From the IMG/VR virus record IMGVR_UViG_2579778993_000003: DNA of 24,908 bases; one strand, given 5' to 3'. This document shows, in pieces, positions 22,881-24,908 of this stretch. The notes beneath the pieces were generated by a model. That model made no database searches. It had not been told where the DNA came from and saw only the letters and a list, made by a program, of their open reading frames with translations. This stretch comes from a virus. Its lineage: Duplodnaviria; Heunggongvirae; Uroviricota; Caudoviricetes. Within the stretch, counting starts at the first letter, position 1. Each line of letters begins with the position of its first letter. The translations under genes and the position numbers were made by a program.

Positions 22881-23988
22881 AACCAATGTTCCGGGATTAT
22901 CTCCGTATTTTGACAAAAGAAATAACAAAGTTTACTGGCGTTACAGGCATCCCATAACAGGCAAAAATCACGGTCTCGGCAGTATTGACCAGAAACTGGC
23001 AGAAACTATTGCAGCAGAAGCGAACAGCCGTCTTGCCCGGCAGCAAATGGAACAAATGCTCAGTCTGCAGGAGAAAATTATTAGTGATACCGGCGGTTCA
23101 TCAACCGTTACCATTTTTCTGAATAATTACAGAAAAATTCAACAGGAAAGATATGAAAACGGCGAGATCAAACTCAACACGCTGAAACAGAAAGCGGCTC
23201 CTCTCAGGGTATTTGATGAACGTTTTGGCACCAGACCGTTAGATGCCATAACCGTAAAAGATGTGGTATCAGTACTGGAAGAGTACAAGGCCAGAGGACA
23301 TAACAGAATGGGACAAATTTTCAGGAAGGTACTGATCGATGTTTTCCGGGAAGCTCAGCAAACGGGCGATGTCCCGCCAGGCTTTAACCCTGCAGAATCG
23401 GCAAAAAAACCGCAGGTGCGGATATCAAGACAGCGACTGACTTTTGATGAGTGGATGATGATTTATAACGCAGCGGAAAAGGATGGTTACTTTTTACAGC
23501 GCGGTATGCTGCTGGCACTGATGACAGGCCAGCGCCTTTCAGATATTTGCAAAATGCAATTTTCGGATATCCGGGATGGTTATCTTCATGTCGAACAGCA
23601 AAAAACAGGAACCCGGATTGCCATCCCTCTGGCTCTGCGTTGCGATAAATTAAATCTCACCCTGGATGATGTGGTGTCATCCTGCCGCGATTGCGTTCTT
23701 AGTCCGTGGCTATTGCACCACCATCACGCGAAAGGGACAGCTAAGCGCGGCGGGATGGTTAAGCCAGCAACATTAACCGTTGCATTTAAAAAAGCCCGGG
23801 ATTCTGTGGATTACAACTGGCGTGCTAATGGCACCCCTCCCTCTTTCCATGAGCAGAGATCTTTATCAGAGCGATTGTTCAGAGAGCAGGGGGTTGATAC
23901 CAAAATTTTGCTAGGCCATTCGAATCAAAAAATGACCGATATTTACAACGACGCACGCGGTAAGGAATGGAAAAAACTGGTCATTTGA
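22858..23988 (+). CDS. Tyrosine site-specific integrase
   Basis: 376 aa with tyrosine-recombinase boxes: TGQRLSDI (box I Arg), HEQRSL (His-x-x-Arg) and LLGHSNQKMTDIYN (box II with catalytic Tyr). Adjacent to the prophage/host junction beside ompW. Confidence 0.9.
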   Translation: MARPRKYKTNVPGLSPYFDKRNNKVYWRYRHPITGKNHGLGSIDQKLAETIAAEANSRLARQQMEQMLSLQEKIISDTGGSSTVTIFLNNYRKIQQERYENGEIKLNTLKQKAAPLRVFDERFGTRPLDAITVKDVVSVLEEYKARGHNRMGQIFRKVLIDVFREAQQTGDVPPGFNPAESAKKPQVRISRQRLTFDEWMMIYNAAEKDGYFLQRGMLLALMTGQRLSDICKMQFSDIRDGYLHVEQQKTGTRIAIPLALRCDKLNLTLDDVVSSCRDCVLSPWLLHHHHAKGTAKRGGMVKPATLTVAFKKARDSVDYNWRANGTPPSFHEQRSLSERLFREQGVDTKILLGHSNQKMTDIYNDARGKEWKKLVI

Positions 23989-23995
23989 TGACCAG
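23971..23995. terminator. Palindrome (CTGGTCAT ttg ATGACCAG) overlapping the integrase stop codon; functions as a terminator, most clearly for ompW on the minus strand
   Basis: Perfect 8-bp stem at 23977-23995, flanked by A6 (23971-23976) on one side and TTTT (23996-23999) on the other. The int stop TGA (23986-23988) is in the loop. Confidence 0.55.
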
Positions 23996-24030
23996 TTTTG
24001 CAGAGGGGTTTTGCAGAGGTTTTGCAGAGA
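23995..24030. repeat. Three tandem copies of GTTTTGCAGAG(G) at the prophage/host junction (candidate att or integrase-binding repeats)
   Basis: gttttgcagagg (23995-24006), ggttttgcagagg (24007-24019) and tttgcagaga (24021-24030), between the integrase 3' end and the ompW stop. Confidence 0.5.
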
Positions 24031-24033
24031 AAA

Positions 24034-24672
24034 TTAAAAACGATATCCTGCGGAGAACATAAACACCCACGGATCCAGTCGTACCGAGTCTTTTACGGTA
24101 GTAACACCAGATTTGTACTTAGCCGTGGTATCGATATCCATGTACCACACTGACATGTTAACCAACCAGTCACGGTTAATCAGATAATCAACCCCCACCT
24201 GCCCGGCAGCTCCCCAGGAATCTTTCAGACTGAGATCGGAAAGCCCTGCCTCTTTGCCATGATCGTTAAATCCATTATCAAAGAAGGTGGTGTAGTTAAT
24301 ACCTGCCCCAACGTAAGGACGGAATTTGCTGCTGGCATCACCAAAATACCACTGCGCCATCAGTGTTGGTGGCAGATGATGAACGGTTGCAATATCGCCG
24401 GTCGCCCGGGTGCCGATTTTATGGCGGAACGGCGTCGCTGCCAGTAATTCCACACCAATGTTGTCGGTCGCCATATAAGTAAACGTAAGGCCCAGTTGCG
24501 TGTTATTGGTCACGCTGAATCCACCCAGACTTCCTAACGTACCACCAGCACCTTCTGTTGGACGTACGGTTGCAGAACCTGCACGCATAAAAAATTCGCC
24601 TGCTTCATGCGCAAAGGCACTGCCAGAGAGAAGAGTTGTTACTGCCAAAGCCGCCACTGTTAATTTTTTCAT
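24034..24672 (-). CDS. ompW: Outer membrane protein W (8-stranded beta-barrel)
   Basis: 212 aa; signal peptide MKKLTVAALAVTTLLSGSAFA followed by HEAGEFFMRAGSATVRPTEG... and a C-terminal ...WVFMFSAGYRF beta-barrel signature. Recognised as E. coli OmpW from memory. Confidence 0.9.
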   Translation of the reverse strand: MKKLTVAALAVTTLLSGSAFAHEAGEFFMRAGSATVRPTEGAGGTLGSLGGFSVTNNTQLGLTFTYMATDNIGVELLAATPFRHKIGTRATGDIATVHHLPPTLMAQWYFGDASSKFRPYVGAGINYTTFFDNGFNDHGKEAGLSDLSLKDSWGAAGQVGVDYLINRDWLVNMSVWYMDIDTTAKYKSGVTTVKDSVRLDPWVFMFSAGYRF

Positions 24673-24767
24673 ATCCGCTCCGTCGTTATGGTTATAAAAA
24701 CGTGACGAATATACCTACATTGGAGTAACAAATGATCCTACATAGATCACATTACATATGATAATTC

Positions 24768-24908
24768 GGTAATGACTCCAACTTATTGATAGTGTTTTAT
24801 GTTCAGATAATGCCCGATGACTTTGTCATGCAGCTCCACCGATTTTGAGAACGACAGCGACTTCCGTCCCAGCCGTGCCAGGTGCTGCCTCAGATTCAGG
24901 TTATGCCG
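24768..24908 (-). mobile_element. IS1 insertion sequence, IRR-proximal end (element continues beyond window end)
   Basis: GGTAATGACTCCAACTTATTGATAGTG... from 24768 matches the IS1 right inverted repeat as I recall it; the following sequence encodes the InsB C-terminus on the minus strand. Confidence 0.85.
24783..24908 (-). CDS. insB: IS1 transposase InsB, 3' end (5'-partial at window edge)
   Basis: Minus-strand translation of 24908-24783 gives ...[41 protein letters not shown] followed by a stop (TAA, complement of 24783-24785), overlapping the IS1 terminal repeat. Confidence 0.8.

Noticed and set aside
23995-24030. Tandem GTTTTGCAGAG repeats as a mini CRISPR array
   Set aside because: The repeats are directly adjacent with no spacers and only about 12 bp long; their location at the integrase/ompW junction fits att or arm-type sites better.

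Overview
This window reads as the integrase-proximal ~24 kb of a lambdoid prophage (a mosaic of Rac-like early genes, a phage-21-like lysis cassette and a Stx-phage-like late region) sitting next to ompW. An IS3-family element cuts it on the left (1-721) and an IS1 copy begins upstream of ompW on the right (24768-end). From the right: integrase and excisionase (+ strand, 22632-23988), an 823-aa exonuclease, several small ORFs, a hairpin-dense GC-rich non-coding stretch (~19100-19460), an immunity region (RacR-like repressor, Cro-like and YdaT-like genes with repeated operator-like palindromes), a replication module (O-like initiator with in-gene iterons, DnaC-like loader), two hypothetical genes, then an AT-rich cargo island (about 9830-13820). 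The island carries a translationally coupled AAA ATPase (384 aa) plus subtilisin-like S8 peptidase (754 aa) operon, which is the main candidate for a defence/addiction system and has the same two-gene architecture as IetAS. Continuing left: a nin-like region (DUF968/HNH-like, RusA), a Q-like antiterminator with a promoter and terminator immediately downstream, an orphan DNA methyltransferase, three tRNAs (CAU, Arg-UCG, Arg-UCU), two degenerate ~220-bp hairpin-rich direct repeats where Stx phages carry stx (no toxin gene here), a NanS-p-like esterase, and a pinholin / SAR-endolysin lysis cassette. All protein calls rest on motif recognition in the supplied translations and on synteny; no database search or folding was run, so family names are working hypotheses. 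I found no CRISPR array and no rRNA.
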